This document shows positions 45,385 to 54,547 of a stretch of DNA of 64,000 bases, piece by piece (the stretch's first letter is position 1; every line of letters begins with the position of its first letter). A program made the translations under genes and the position numbers. Location: the IMG/VR virus record IMGVR_UViG_3300023174_000033, positions 400,606-464,605 of that record; one strand, written 5' to 3'. Below the pieces are notes generated by a model. It had not been told where the DNA came from, did not search any database, and saw only the letters and a program-made list of their open reading frames with translations.

Positions 45385-47325
45385 ATGCTTACAAATTTTG
45401 ACGATTACATCTATGAGGAATATCTCAAATTAGACCTACCACTTTATTATACCAAAGAATTAAAATCTACACTCGGAGCAATTGCATCTAAAGGAGATTC
45501 AGTAGCTAGTTTTCTTTATTATGGAGAATCCACAGATGCTGTGAAATCAGATATTACTTTTGTAGGTTTAGGCGAAGGTAATGATAAGGTAAGTTTTATT
45601 CAAGTCAATCGTGTCCTTAGAATGATCGATAAAGAACTAGGCGATCCAGAATCTAAAAATCAAGGAACTCTCAAGGGGCAATTAGAGGAAGATTATATTA
45701 ATAAAATATGGAGAATCAAACAAAATTTTGACCACCCAGCTTGGAAAGAACAAAGAACTGAATTGGGTGTGGGTAGATTTGCAACTAAGATTTCACAAAA
45801 AGCTGGTAAAAACTTCACACCACCACAAATAAATGCATTCGTTGATAAGTTTAAAGCTTACAGAGATTTCCAAACCACAAAGAAAGATAAGTTTGAATTA
45901 GTATCAGGTGAGGATATCAGAAAATGGTATGATGAAGATACTTACGAAGATGCAGAATATCACCTATCAAACTCTTGTATGAGGTATGCTAGATGTCAAA
46001 GGTATTTAGACATATATGTTGAAAATCCAAATCAAGTTTCAATGGTTATCCTAAAAGGAACTGATCCTAATAAAATCATTGGTAGAGCTCTTATTTGGAA
46101 ATTAGAAAATGGGAATTATTACTTAGATAGACCTTATGCTAATAATGATGAAGATATAAATTTATTCAAAGAGTGGGGTAGAAGTAAAGGTTATACTGTC
46201 TATGGGGCTAGCTATGACCACAAAGAAGTAGTATTGGATAAGGCTAATTTTTCCTACTACCCATATATGGATACTTTCAAATATCTAAATAGAGATGATA
46301 AAACACTAAGCACTGATGCAAACGAATATGATAATGGTAATCAAGATTGGATTAAATTAGAAAGTACTGGAGGTGATTTTGAAGAAGTAGAAAGAGGTGT
46401 TTATTCTGAATATTATGGTGAATATATTGATGAAGATAGTGCTGTTTTTGCGGAAGATATACAAAGTTATATACATTCAGATGATGCTTATTATTTAGAA
46501 TATAAAGACACATATGTTCACAATGATGCTGACGTGGTATATTCTGAATTTGATGGTCAATACTATTTAAGTGAAGATGCCATTAAGTCTGAATATTTAG
46601 ATACTTATATCTATTCAGATGATGCACTAAATGTATTTACCTCACCAGATGAGGAAGATTATGTGCCAGACTCATTCAGAGAGAAAGGATTAGTTAAAGA
46701 ATATTATTTAGATGGTTCACCAAAATGGTGTATATCTGCAAATGTATTTAAAAGCCCATTCTCCAATGAGTATTTCTTTAGAACTGGGACTGTCAAAGTA
46801 TTCACTGTGCAAGATGGTGGACTGATGACACAAAATGAGGCAGATACTAAAGACATAGATACCAAAGGTCTTGAATCTGACTATATGGAAATTGATGATT
46901 ATCTATCAAAAAGAATTAAACCTTTAACCAAAGATCAATTTACAGAAAAGGTCAAGAGTTTAGAATTTACTGAAAATCAAATAAATGATTTCAAAAGGGA
47001 TAGTAGTTCACAATTATATACTCTCAATTCATTTTTTAGGGATGTTACACTTGATGAAATAGAAAGAATGATGAAACTTCTAATATGGCTTTCTTATAGT
47101 GCTAGTGAAAGAGATCAGTATGGTAAACCGAAAAGTAAAAATAGAAGGAATTTGATTGAATCAATGAAAAGTAAATGCCAAGAATTTATCACAAATGAAA
47201 GGTTCTATGGGTTACAAAGTATGAGCATAGAAAGTCTATTCCGAACAATGGATGCCAACCTTAGTGATTATATAAGAAACGAAGAATTATTAGCTCAAAT
47301 TATTCTTTATAAGAATAGTATTTAA
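45385..47325 (+). CDS. Large conserved phage protein with acidic internal repeats and tag-like N-terminus
   Basis: Start reassigned to MLTNFDDYIYEE (AATATATA at 45373-45380). NSCM...GRALIW...YLDRPY domain, YSEY/SEF...DA repeats. Confidence 0.8.
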   Translation: MLTNFDDYIYEEYLKLDLPLYYTKELKSTLGAIASKGDSVASFLYYGESTDAVKSDITFVGLGEGNDKVSFIQVNRVLRMIDKELGDPESKNQGTLKGQLEEDYINKIWRIKQNFDHPAWKEQRTELGVGRFATKISQKAGKNFTPPQINAFVDKFKAYRDFQTTKKDKFELVSGEDIRKWYDEDTYEDAEYHLSNSCMRYARCQRYLDIYVENPNQVSMVILKGTDPNKIIGRALIWKLENGNYYLDRPYANNDEDINLFKEWGRSKGYTVYGASYDHKEVVLDKANFSYYPYMDTFKYLNRDDKTLSTDANEYDNGNQDWIKLESTGGDFEEVERGVYSEYYGEYIDEDSAVFAEDIQSYIHSDDAYYLEYKDTYVHNDADVVYSEFDGQYYLSEDAIKSEYLDTYIYSDDALNVFTSPDEEDYVPDSFREKGLVKEYYLDGSPKWCISANVFKSPFSNEYFFRTGTVKVFTVQDGGLMTQNEADTKDIDTKGLESDYMEIDDYLSKRIKPLTKDQFTEKVKSLEFTENQINDFKRDSSSQLYTLNSFFRDVTLDEIERMMKLLIWLSYSASERDQYGKPKSKNRRNLIESMKSKCQEFITNERFYGLQSMSIESLFRTMDANLSDYIRNEELLAQIILYKNSI

Positions 47326-47369
47326 AAAAAATATACCAAACTCTAGTATTTATTTTTCATATAAAATAA

Positions 47370-48110
47370 ATGGACCCGTTTAGTGAGTCATTTGGTTTTG
47401 GTGAATATAAATCACAAGCAATAGATTTATTAAAAACTACCATCGAAATTTTAAATGAATTCGAAATACCAAACATGCTAATATCCGGCACTTTACTTGG
47501 ATATATCAGACACAATGATTTTATACCTTGGGATGATGACATAGACTTACTTGTTGATTCTTCAATCCTAAGAAAACTAGGTAAGATTGCTGAAAAATAT
47601 GATAACATTAATATTTTTTACAAAAATAAATATGATGCTATTAAATTCTGTTTTGATTTTGGAAAACCCATAAGTGATAAATCTTGGGAAATGTCAATAA
47701 TAGATGGTAAAATTCAAAGAAAATCAAAACTTAATTTTCCATTTGTAGATTTATTTATCTATGAATCTGGTTACGGGACTCATATTTGTGGACAAGAACA
47801 ACATATCGAAATTGATGGTGAAATTAGAAAAATGTTTATGCCCTTTTCTGGTCCTTGTGATAGGTGTTTTAGATTCATAAAATCGGATGAATTAGTTTTT
47901 TTTCACAACGATTGGAAGAAAAAGAACTTTTTCCCTCTACAAGAAGTAGATTTTTTAGGAATAAAATGTAATATACCTAAAAATCCCCACCATTTTTTAA
48001 AAAAAAATTACGATGGGGATTATATGAAAGTAATTGAGTCAAGAAACTACGACCATAAAAACAACTTAAAAGTAGAAAATATAACTAAAAAACCTTATGT
48101 TAGAAATTGA
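47370..48110 (+). CDS. licD: LicD-family (fukutin-like) phosphotransferase
   Basis: ISGTLLGYIRHNDFIPWDDDIDL, VDLF, NIPKNP..FL...Y. Confidence 0.85.
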   Translation: MDPFSESFGFGEYKSQAIDLLKTTIEILNEFEIPNMLISGTLLGYIRHNDFIPWDDDIDLLVDSSILRKLGKIAEKYDNINIFYKNKYDAIKFCFDFGKPISDKSWEMSIIDGKIQRKSKLNFPFVDLFIYESGYGTHICGQEQHIEIDGEIRKMFMPFSGPCDRCFRFIKSDELVFFHNDWKKKNFFPLQEVDFLGIKCNIPKNPHHFLKKNYDGDYMKVIESRNYDHKNNLKVENITKKPYVRN

Positions 48111-49869
48111 AGAATTAAAAACACATTTGCCGACTGGTGTAGATGCAAAGATTATGCAGTATGAGGAAAATGCTACAAACATCTCCGATGATAAAATTGA
48201 TTTTCCTAAATTATTGGATGGCACACAAACTACCATACTCATAAATATGGAAAGACATACTGAGAGATATCATGTAAGTTTGGAACAATTAAAAAAACTA
48301 TCAATACAAAATTTTGTACACCTTAAAGGAACTGATGGTAAAATTAAATCTCAGTTGGAACAGGATCTAACTTACATCTTGGGGTTTATCAAACAATTCA
48401 ATGATAAGGTAGTTAGTAATCAAATAGAAATAAATGATTTCTCAGAAGTAAATAATCAAGGTGTAAATCTACAAGATGGACCACTTGGCTGTTATTGTTC
48501 ACATCTTAGAGCAATGATTTATGGTTACTTATCTGGTAGTGATTACACTATAATTTGTGAAGATGATATTTCTATTACAAACACAAAAAATATTGAGGAG
48601 TATATACCAAAAATTCCAAATGATTGGGATGTTATTTTCTTGAACTCAAGACCCAAAAATGTTTTACATGACGAACCTTATTATAAATTCATTGATGAAT
48701 TCCATTCTGGTCACTTTTATATTATCAAAAACAAAGCTCTACCTACCATATTTAGTGGTATGTACCCGATGAACGACCAAGTAGATGTTCTACTTTCTTT
48801 CTTACACAAGAAATTGAATATGTATAACATACCAGATACTGTTTATCAAAAGAACTTAGAAACCAATACCCAAAACAATCTTGATATTATTTTTAGTTCA
48901 CCTAACTATATTCCAGTAACAGATGCTTTAAACAAATCAGAAGAAATATTAAATCACTATGCTAATAAAATTCTTCCTGATAACACAGACCAAAATAGAT
49001 TGATTGTAAAGCATTTGATGTATGATATGATTTACAATTTTATACTAACTAAAGGCATTAATAACGAACCAGATCCCAACATAGAAGACTATGTTTTTGA
49101 TAATCCCCATATTGGAAAATGGAGATATACTAAGTTGGAAAAATTTGTTGGATTTTTCTTACAATGTACGAAAAAAGGAATTAACCCAAAGTTAGCTGGT
49201 CAAGGTTTAACAAATGCACTGTTATTTACTTTAAATAAGTTCACTGAATTACATGATACTGATGGAGATATTAAAGCTTATGGATTTGGATCGACTGCTC
49301 ATACCTACAAAGTTGGTAATGATTTGTTAATCAAAAGATATAATAAAAAATTGAGGTGGGCTACTGAAGGTCATGATGACCCCAAAAAAATTATGAATAA
49401 GGAAATAGAACTTTTGGAAAAATTAAAAAATGTAAAATCGGTTCCGAAAATAGTTGACTATGACAATAGAGATATCATTATGGAATATAGGGGGGAATCT
49501 ATCTATAATGATTTTAACTTACCTACTGATTGGAAGGATCAAATAACAAATATATTTTCTGAACTTACTAATAATGGTGTATTTTATCCAGAGTTTAGGT
49601 TGCAGAATATCCTTGTATTAGATGGTAAGATTAGTTTTGTTGATTTTGGTATGGCTGAGTTTAGGGATAAATGTGATAACGCTATCAATCTCGAAAAGTT
49701 TATTAAGTATTTGAGTTTACTTGAGGATAAGTTTAAGATTGTAATTGATTTAGATGCTAGACAAAGGTTGATTTCAACTTTTCTAAAAAATGTTAATATG
49801 CCAACGCCGACCATAGACCAGAAGTTTTCGGAAGGTATTGAACCATTGTTTGGTAATGACTTTTTTTAG
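48097..49869 (+). CDS. GT25 glycosyltransferase fused to a C-terminal kinase-like domain
   Basis: LINMERHTER, GCYCSH, ICEDD. Then GFGSTAH, LIKRY, IIMEYRG, YPEFRLQN, FVDFG. Confidence 0.8.
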   Translation: MLEIEELKTHLPTGVDAKIMQYEENATNISDDKIDFPKLLDGTQTTILINMERHTERYHVSLEQLKKLSIQNFVHLKGTDGKIKSQLEQDLTYILGFIKQFNDKVVSNQIEINDFSEVNNQGVNLQDGPLGCYCSHLRAMIYGYLSGSDYTIICEDDISITNTKNIEEYIPKIPNDWDVIFLNSRPKNVLHDEPYYKFIDEFHSGHFYIIKNKALPTIFSGMYPMNDQVDVLLSFLHKKLNMYNIPDTVYQKNLETNTQNNLDIIFSSPNYIPVTDALNKSEEILNHYANKILPDNTDQNRLIVKHLMYDMIYNFILTKGINNEPDPNIEDYVFDNPHIGKWRYTKLEKFVGFFLQCTKKGINPKLAGQGLTNALLFTLNKFTELHDTDGDIKAYGFGSTAHTYKVGNDLLIKRYNKKLRWATEGHDDPKKIMNKEIELLEKLKNVKSVPKIVDYDNRDIIMEYRGESIYNDFNLPTDWKDQITNIFSELTNNGVFYPEFRLQNILVLDGKISFVDFGMAEFRDKCDNAINLEKFIKYLSLLEDKFKIVIDLDARQRLISTFLKNVNMPTPTIDQKFSEGIEPLFGNDFF

Positions 49870-49892
49870 AAAAGTTAAAAATTTTCTATGAT

Positions 49893-50435
49893 ATGAACAA
49901 TTGTTTCAAACAAATTGATGTTAAAATTAAATTCAATGGGTCATTATCAGATATAAAATCTGACTTACACATGACTCATGACAAGTGGCAAAAATATGGA
50001 CTCACTCTAAAGAAAAAAGAAAATTATGAGGCTTCAATTGCAACTACATACGAGGTAACAGATCAAGTAAAATCATATGTACTCTCAAAAATCCCAACTG
50101 AATTACTTCAATTAGAAACACCAAAAGTTTGGTATCTTGAAGTTACTGGAACAAATAAAAGTACAACAATGGTTCCACCACACATTGACACTTTTAGGAT
50201 ATGTACAATAAATTTTTATATCAATACCAATGGCGAGACAACTAAATTTTACGAATATAAATCCGGAACTATTATAGATGAAATTGGTGAGTTTTGTGCA
50301 AAAGACAATGAATGTTTTATCCTAAACACCACCGTACCACATTCGGTAAAACTTATGTCAGAAAAAAAAAGATCGGTAATTGGAGCTTCGTTCATAAAGA
50401 CCCCATATGAAAAAGTAATAACTTATTTCTCTTAA
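49893..50435 (-). CDS. 2OG-Fe(II) dioxygenase-like protein
   Basis: PPHIDT...INFY...VPHSV...R...ASF facial-triad pattern. Confidence 0.7.
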
Positions 50436-51040
50436 AAAATATCTTCCAAGGTAGTTATCTTCCTCAAGTATCTATAATGTCCACCTATCAATTCATATTT
50501 CATATCAAACCTACTAACAACAGGTAAAATTTCACACTCCTCACCTGTTTGAATATAGGTGTTAAAAATGTGTTTGAATAAATCAAAGTTAGTTATTTGT
50601 GGAGAACAAAGCTCAATGAAATCATTTCGGTTTGGTATAACGTATCCAACATCTTTCAATTGAGCTAGGCCGTTTAGCATCGGTAAATAAAATTGAGAGT
50701 GTAGATTTTTATTTGAACTTTCTAAAAGCCTTTCCACCATTGACTCTGTGATATAAGGTCTAGCAGCATCATGAATTAGAATGTTTGAACACTTGTCAAT
50801 GTTGGATAGTGCAACTTTTATAGATTCCAATCTTGAATCGTTATCTGTTAGCAAAACGTCACCATATATTTTTAAGTAACAATCTGAATTAGCAACGATA
50901 ATCACATCGTCAAGATATTTGGAAAATAGATCAATTGAATGTTGAACCATAGGTTTATCACCTATAGGATATAATTGTTTTGGAATTTCCGAATTAAATC
51001 GAGTTGATTTACCAGCGGCTAATATAACACCTATGTTCAT
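50432..51040 (-). CDS. IspD/TarI-like cytidylyltransferase
   Basis: ILAAGKSTRF...PKQL, SRLESI, LIHDAARP, KITTLED. Confidence 0.8.
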   Translation of the reverse strand: MNIGVILAAGKSTRFNSEIPKQLYPIGDKPMVQHSIDLFSKYLDDVIIVANSDCYLKIYGDVLLTDNDSRLESIKVALSNIDKCSNILIHDAARPYITESMVERLLESSNKNLHSQFYLPMLNGLAQLKDVGYVIPNRNDFIELCSPQITNFDLFKHIFNTYIQTGEECEILPVVSRFDMKYELIGGHYRYLRKITTLEDIF

Positions 51041-51528
51041 TAAAATTTATATAGTTTTACTGACCAATCCTTCCAATCATTTTTAGAAGTCAATTGGGCT
51101 CTATCGTATTTATCCCACTTTTTCAAGTCAATATCCAACCAATCAGTAATTTCTCTATTTGCTTTATCAAGATTCAAATTCCGATTGAATGCTTTAGCAA
51201 AACAATAAGTAATATAACCTTTAGCTCTGTGCTCATAATCTTTTGCATCAAAGCCAAGTTTTTTAGCTTTATTGATTACAGTGATTTCACAATCATATTC
51301 ATATTCATATACTTTCATACCTTTATGAACCTCTGCCCGAGCAATGTGGGTTATTTCGTGAAGGCAAATAAGGAATCTATTTAGAGTTGTTGGATCGGGT
51401 ATTTCTACGAGTTTTTCTTTAATGAAAGCAACTCCACAATCACCCTTTCTCCATTTCCTAACTTGGATACCATAGAAACGAAGTTCATCATCAACGTATT
51501 TTTTTGCCCACTCTGAATTGAATTCCAT
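51040..51528 (-). CDS. HExxH zinc-metallopeptidase-like protein
   Basis: CLHEITH...YEYE. Start MEFNS (51528), 4 nt after TATCTTTG at 51540-51533. Confidence 0.7.
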   Translation of the reverse strand: MEFNSEWAKKYVDDELRFYGIQVRKWRKGDCGVAFIKEKLVEIPDPTTLNRFLICLHEITHIARAEVHKGMKVYEYEYDCEITVINKAKKLGFDAKDYEHRAKGYITYCFAKAFNRNLNLDKANREITDWLDIDLKKWDKYDRAQLTSKNDWKDWSVKLYKF

Positions 51529-51591
51529 AACACAAAGATACAACTTTTTTTTGATTTGTCAATACAATAAGAACAAAAAAAAATTAGTTAT

Positions 51592-51945
51592 ATGGAAAAA
51601 TTATTAACATGGAAAAATCTTGGTTGGGTTCTAACCGCACTTATCACACTTTTAATTGGATTTTCAGCTTTTAATAAAGTTATTGGATCCGAGGAAATGG
51701 TGAAAGGATTTGAGTCAATGAAACTTCTACCTTATATGAAACTGATTGGACTTGGTGAATTAGTAGGACTTGGCCTTTTGATTTACCCAAGAACAAGTAT
51801 GTATGGAGCACTTTTACTCTCTTCATTTATGTCTGGAGCTGTCGCTATACACTTATCTTACATGGGAGCTAACACAATTGTTGGTCCAATTTTGTTCGGT
51901 ATCATTGGTTGGACTGCACATTGTTTAAGGACTTACTTCAAGTAA
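51592..51945 (+). CDS. DoxX-family membrane protein
   Basis: SAFNK, IGLGELVG..LLIYPRT..YGALLL...GAVAIHL. Confidence 0.85.
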   Translation: MEKLLTWKNLGWVLTALITLLIGFSAFNKVIGSEEMVKGFESMKLLPYMKLIGLGELVGLGLLIYPRTSMYGALLLSSFMSGAVAIHLSYMGANTIVGPILFGIIGWTAHCLRTYFK

Positions 51946-51963
51946 TAGTCCTCTAGTTATTTG

Positions 51964-51993
51964 AAAAAACCCAACCATTTTGGTTGGGTTTTT
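51964..51993 (+). terminator. Intrinsic terminator
   Basis: AAAAAACCCAACCA-TTT-TGGTTGGGTTTTT. Confidence 0.85.
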
Positions 51994-52021
51994 ATATTTA
52001 CATTTGGAAAATACATAAAAT

Positions 52022-52273
52022 ATGGAGGAGTATTACTTAAGATTTGATAAATATTTTTGGGCCAGACGTGGTAGGAAAACTCTGTACCCATCTAGTACGA
52101 AAGTTTTAATAGAAATAGAAAAAATGTCAAGTGTTGATGGTGGAGAAGTTAAATACTATTACGCTTATATAAAAGATGGAGCTCCACTTGGTCAATTTGA
52201 TGAAGAGGAATTCAAGGAAACTTTTATGGATATAAATGAAATGAGGGATAGGAAAATTGACGATATAATTTAA
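52022..52273 (+). CDS. Small protein with C-terminal tag
   Basis: Ends FMDINEMRDRKIDDII. TACATTTG at 51999-52006. Confidence 0.75.
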   Translation: MEEYYLRFDKYFWARRGRKTLYPSSTKVLIEIEKMSSVDGGEVKYYYAYIKDGAPLGQFDEEEFKETFMDINEMRDRKIDDII

Positions 52274-52413
52274 TATGAAAGCTCATCGGAGTTATTTTTC
52301 CTTGAGTAAATCTTTTTGGAGGGCACTACCTTTGAAGTGAACCTGGCATCAAATCCAGTATCTCTCTTAATCAAATCCCTTTTTATTTTCTTATAGTTTA
52401 TTTTAGATTTCAT
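52270..52413 (-). CDS. Basic 47-aa peptide (ArfA-like motif candidate)
   Basis: MKSKINYKKIKRDLIKRDTGFDARFTSKVVPSKKIYSRKNNSDELSY. ATG 4 nt after TACTTTTG at 52425-52418. Confidence 0.6.
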   Translation of the reverse strand: MKSKINYKKIKRDLIKRDTGFDARFTSKVVPSKKIYSRKNNSDELSY

Positions 52414-52430
52414 ATTACAAAAGTAATATT

Positions 52431-52916
52431 TTAATTCGGTCTTTCCAAAACCTCTTCAAATTTCCATTCAATTTTCTGTACTTTCTTGAAAGCTCTTTTT
52501 GTTTCCCTTTTCAAAATCAACAAACCAAGACAACCTTTTTGTACCTCTTTGGTGGGAGGAATTTTTATTAACAAAAAATAGTTCTCACTTTTTTTGAATG
52601 GATCACACCTTAAAATACAATCACCATTCTTGACTATTTTCCTTGATAGAACTTTCCAATTTAAAGTGATGAGAGTCACATCAATAGAATCAGCAATCCC
52701 ATGAGTTTGAATCAAAAATGCCAACTTGGTTTTAAATTGAACATCGGAAATTTTAACAGTATAAGTTTTTCCACTTTCCACATCATAAACTCTCTTATCC
52801 ACAAGTGAATAAGGAATTACTTCCAAATTATCCAACTTTGTAGATAGAATATCGAAACATTGACCACAAACCAAGTTAGATATTAGAAAAAGTAAAGAAA
52901 ATAAACAAAATTTCAT
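52431..52916 (-). CDS. Putative secreted protein
   Basis: Signal peptide ending LVCG|QC. Confidence 0.75.
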   Translation of the reverse strand: MKFCLFSLLFLISNLVCGQCFDILSTKLDNLEVIPYSLVDKRVYDVESGKTYTVKISDVQFKTKLAFLIQTHGIADSIDVTLITLNWKVLSRKIVKNGDCILRCDPFKKSENYFLLIKIPPTKEVQKGCLGLLILKRETKRAFKKVQKIEWKFEEVLERPN

Positions 52917-53044
52917 AGTTATATCTATATATAAACCTATAAATTAAGTAATGTGTAAAATAAGTTCACAAACTTTATTCATAAAAATAGACTTGTGATT
53001 TTTGTTATATTCCAAGAAAAATATATAAAAGAAAATTTTATACT

Positions 53045-53221
53045 ATGAAAATTACAAAAGAACAATTTTTAGGTATAGTTAGACATGGTTTAACTTTCGT
53101 TGGTGCTATCCTAGTAGCAAAAGGTCAAGTTGATGATGGACAGTGGTACGAAATCAGTGGAGCCGCAGTTTCTCTCGTAGCTGTTGTTTGGTCTGTTTTA
53201 GATAAAAAACAAACAGTTTAA
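53045..53221 (+). CDS. Small two-TM protein, holin-like (58 aa)
   Basis: MKITKEQFLGIVRHGLTFVGAILVAKG...VVWSVLDKK. AATATATA upstream. Confidence 0.7.
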   Translation: MKITKEQFLGIVRHGLTFVGAILVAKGQVDDGQWYEISGAAVSLVAVVWSVLDKKQTV

Positions 53222-53227
53222 AAAAAT

Positions 53228-53257
53228 TAAAGGGAGTCAAAAAAACTCCTTTTTTTG
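53228..53257 (+). terminator. Intrinsic terminator
   Basis: AAAGGGAG-N9-CTCCTTTTTTT. Confidence 0.6.
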
Positions 53258-53300
53258 TTGAAAAAATTTTATATATAAGTCAATAATATAAAATAACTAA

Positions 53301-53810
53301 ATGAATATGGCAAATATTAAAAGATTCAATAACTTCATAAACGAAGAATGGTTTTGGGATAAAAAAACGAAAAAAGAAGAAGAGGAGGAAGCTCAAGCTC
53401 AAAGGCAAGCTGATGCTGAATTAATTGATGTGGAAGAAAAACCACTTGCAGGTGGTGGAAAATTAATAGAAGTTGAGCAAGATTTCTACAAAGATTGGTT
53501 TAATATAATTCCAAAACATGATGAATTTTTACAAGTAACGTTTGTAGCAGATGAAAATACAAACCTAACAATCTACAAACCAGATGTTAGATTCTTATCT
53601 AAAGATCCAAAAAAACCTAATCCAGAAGAAGATGGGGATGAAAATATATTCATCAGATATGATAAAAAAGATAATCCACAACTAAATCAAGCTGTTCTAA
53701 AGAAAATGGAACAGGAAAAAATTATCGCAACAAAACATTATATGTCTTTGATTAAACCAGAAGGTATAATGATGCATTGTGGTAATTTAATGTCAATTGT
53801 GGTAAAATAA
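53301..53810 (+). CDS. Hypothetical protein with N-terminal tag
   Basis: MANIKRFNNFINEE. Confidence 0.8.
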   Translation: MNMANIKRFNNFINEEWFWDKKTKKEEEEEAQAQRQADAELIDVEEKPLAGGGKLIEVEQDFYKDWFNIIPKHDEFLQVTFVADENTNLTIYKPDVRFLSKDPKKPNPEEDGDENIFIRYDKKDNPQLNQAVLKKMEQEKIIATKHYMSLIKPEGIMMHCGNLMSIVVK

Positions 53811-53827
53811 AAAATATTTACGAATAA

Positions 53828-53854
53828 ATAACCCTCTTAAATGAGGGTTTTTTT
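53828..53854. terminator. Intrinsic terminator
   Basis: ACCCTC-TTAAAT-GAGGGTTTTTTT. Confidence 0.75.
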
Positions 53855-53863
53855 TGATATATT

Positions 53864-54127
53864 TTAGTTTCTTCTACCGCCTCTCGGTCCGTGATGGTGT
53901 TTTCTTGGTGTATTTAGGTTAATTCTTACAGTCGGTCTGTAAAAATTGTTATAGTTATATCTATTATTTACCCACCAATAATTACGATAGGCTAAACTAT
54001 TTGGTAGATAAACAACACTTGTAGCTACGGGCAATGGTTGAACAGATACTCCAACACCGGTGTTTGGACTAACTATTGTACAAGAATTTAACAGAATTAG
54101 TAGAAATATAATTAAAATGTTTTTCAT
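53864..54127 (-). CDS. Small lipoprotein
   Basis: MKNILIIFLLILLNS|C. Basic His/Arg tail. AATATATA upstream. Confidence 0.7.
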   Translation of the reverse strand: MKNILIIFLLILLNSCTIVSPNTGVGVSVQPLPVATSVVYLPNSLAYRNYWWVNNRYNYNNFYRPTVRINLNTPRKHHHGPRGGRRN

Positions 54128-54215
54128 ATTCACTGTTATTTTTGATTATATATTAATTCTACTTGTAAGTTAATATTAAATTTTTTAAATATATTTTTAT
54201 ATATATGATCTACTT

Positions 54216-54521
54216 ATGCGAATATTTGGTAAATTCTTTGAATTCAAAAGGCAACTAATCGTGACTGATGAAAATGTGCAACAAGTTTTGGACAGTTACG
54301 AAAACGAAATTGTACAACTTGAGGAGGCCAACCTAAACCTTATGAGAAATGTAAGGAAATTGGAAAGTCAAATTAAATTTTATCAAGAAAGATTAAAAAT
54401 TGTTGAAACAATAAAAATTGATGAAAAATCAAAAGTAAACCTTTGGAAAATCATCGCAATAATATCCATATTATTCGGAATTCTCTCATGGATGTCATCA
54501 TTCAAAAATTTGACTTTTTAA
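54216..54521 (+). CDS. Coiled-coil protein with C-terminal TM
   Basis: Heptads followed by LWKIIAIISILFGILSW. Confidence 0.7.
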   Translation: MRIFGKFFEFKRQLIVTDENVQQVLDSYENEIVQLEEANLNLMRNVRKLESQIKFYQERLKIVETIKIDEKSKVNLWKIIAIISILFGILSWMSSFKNLTF

Positions 54522-54547
54522 ATGTTGGTTAAAATTTTTCTAAAAGA

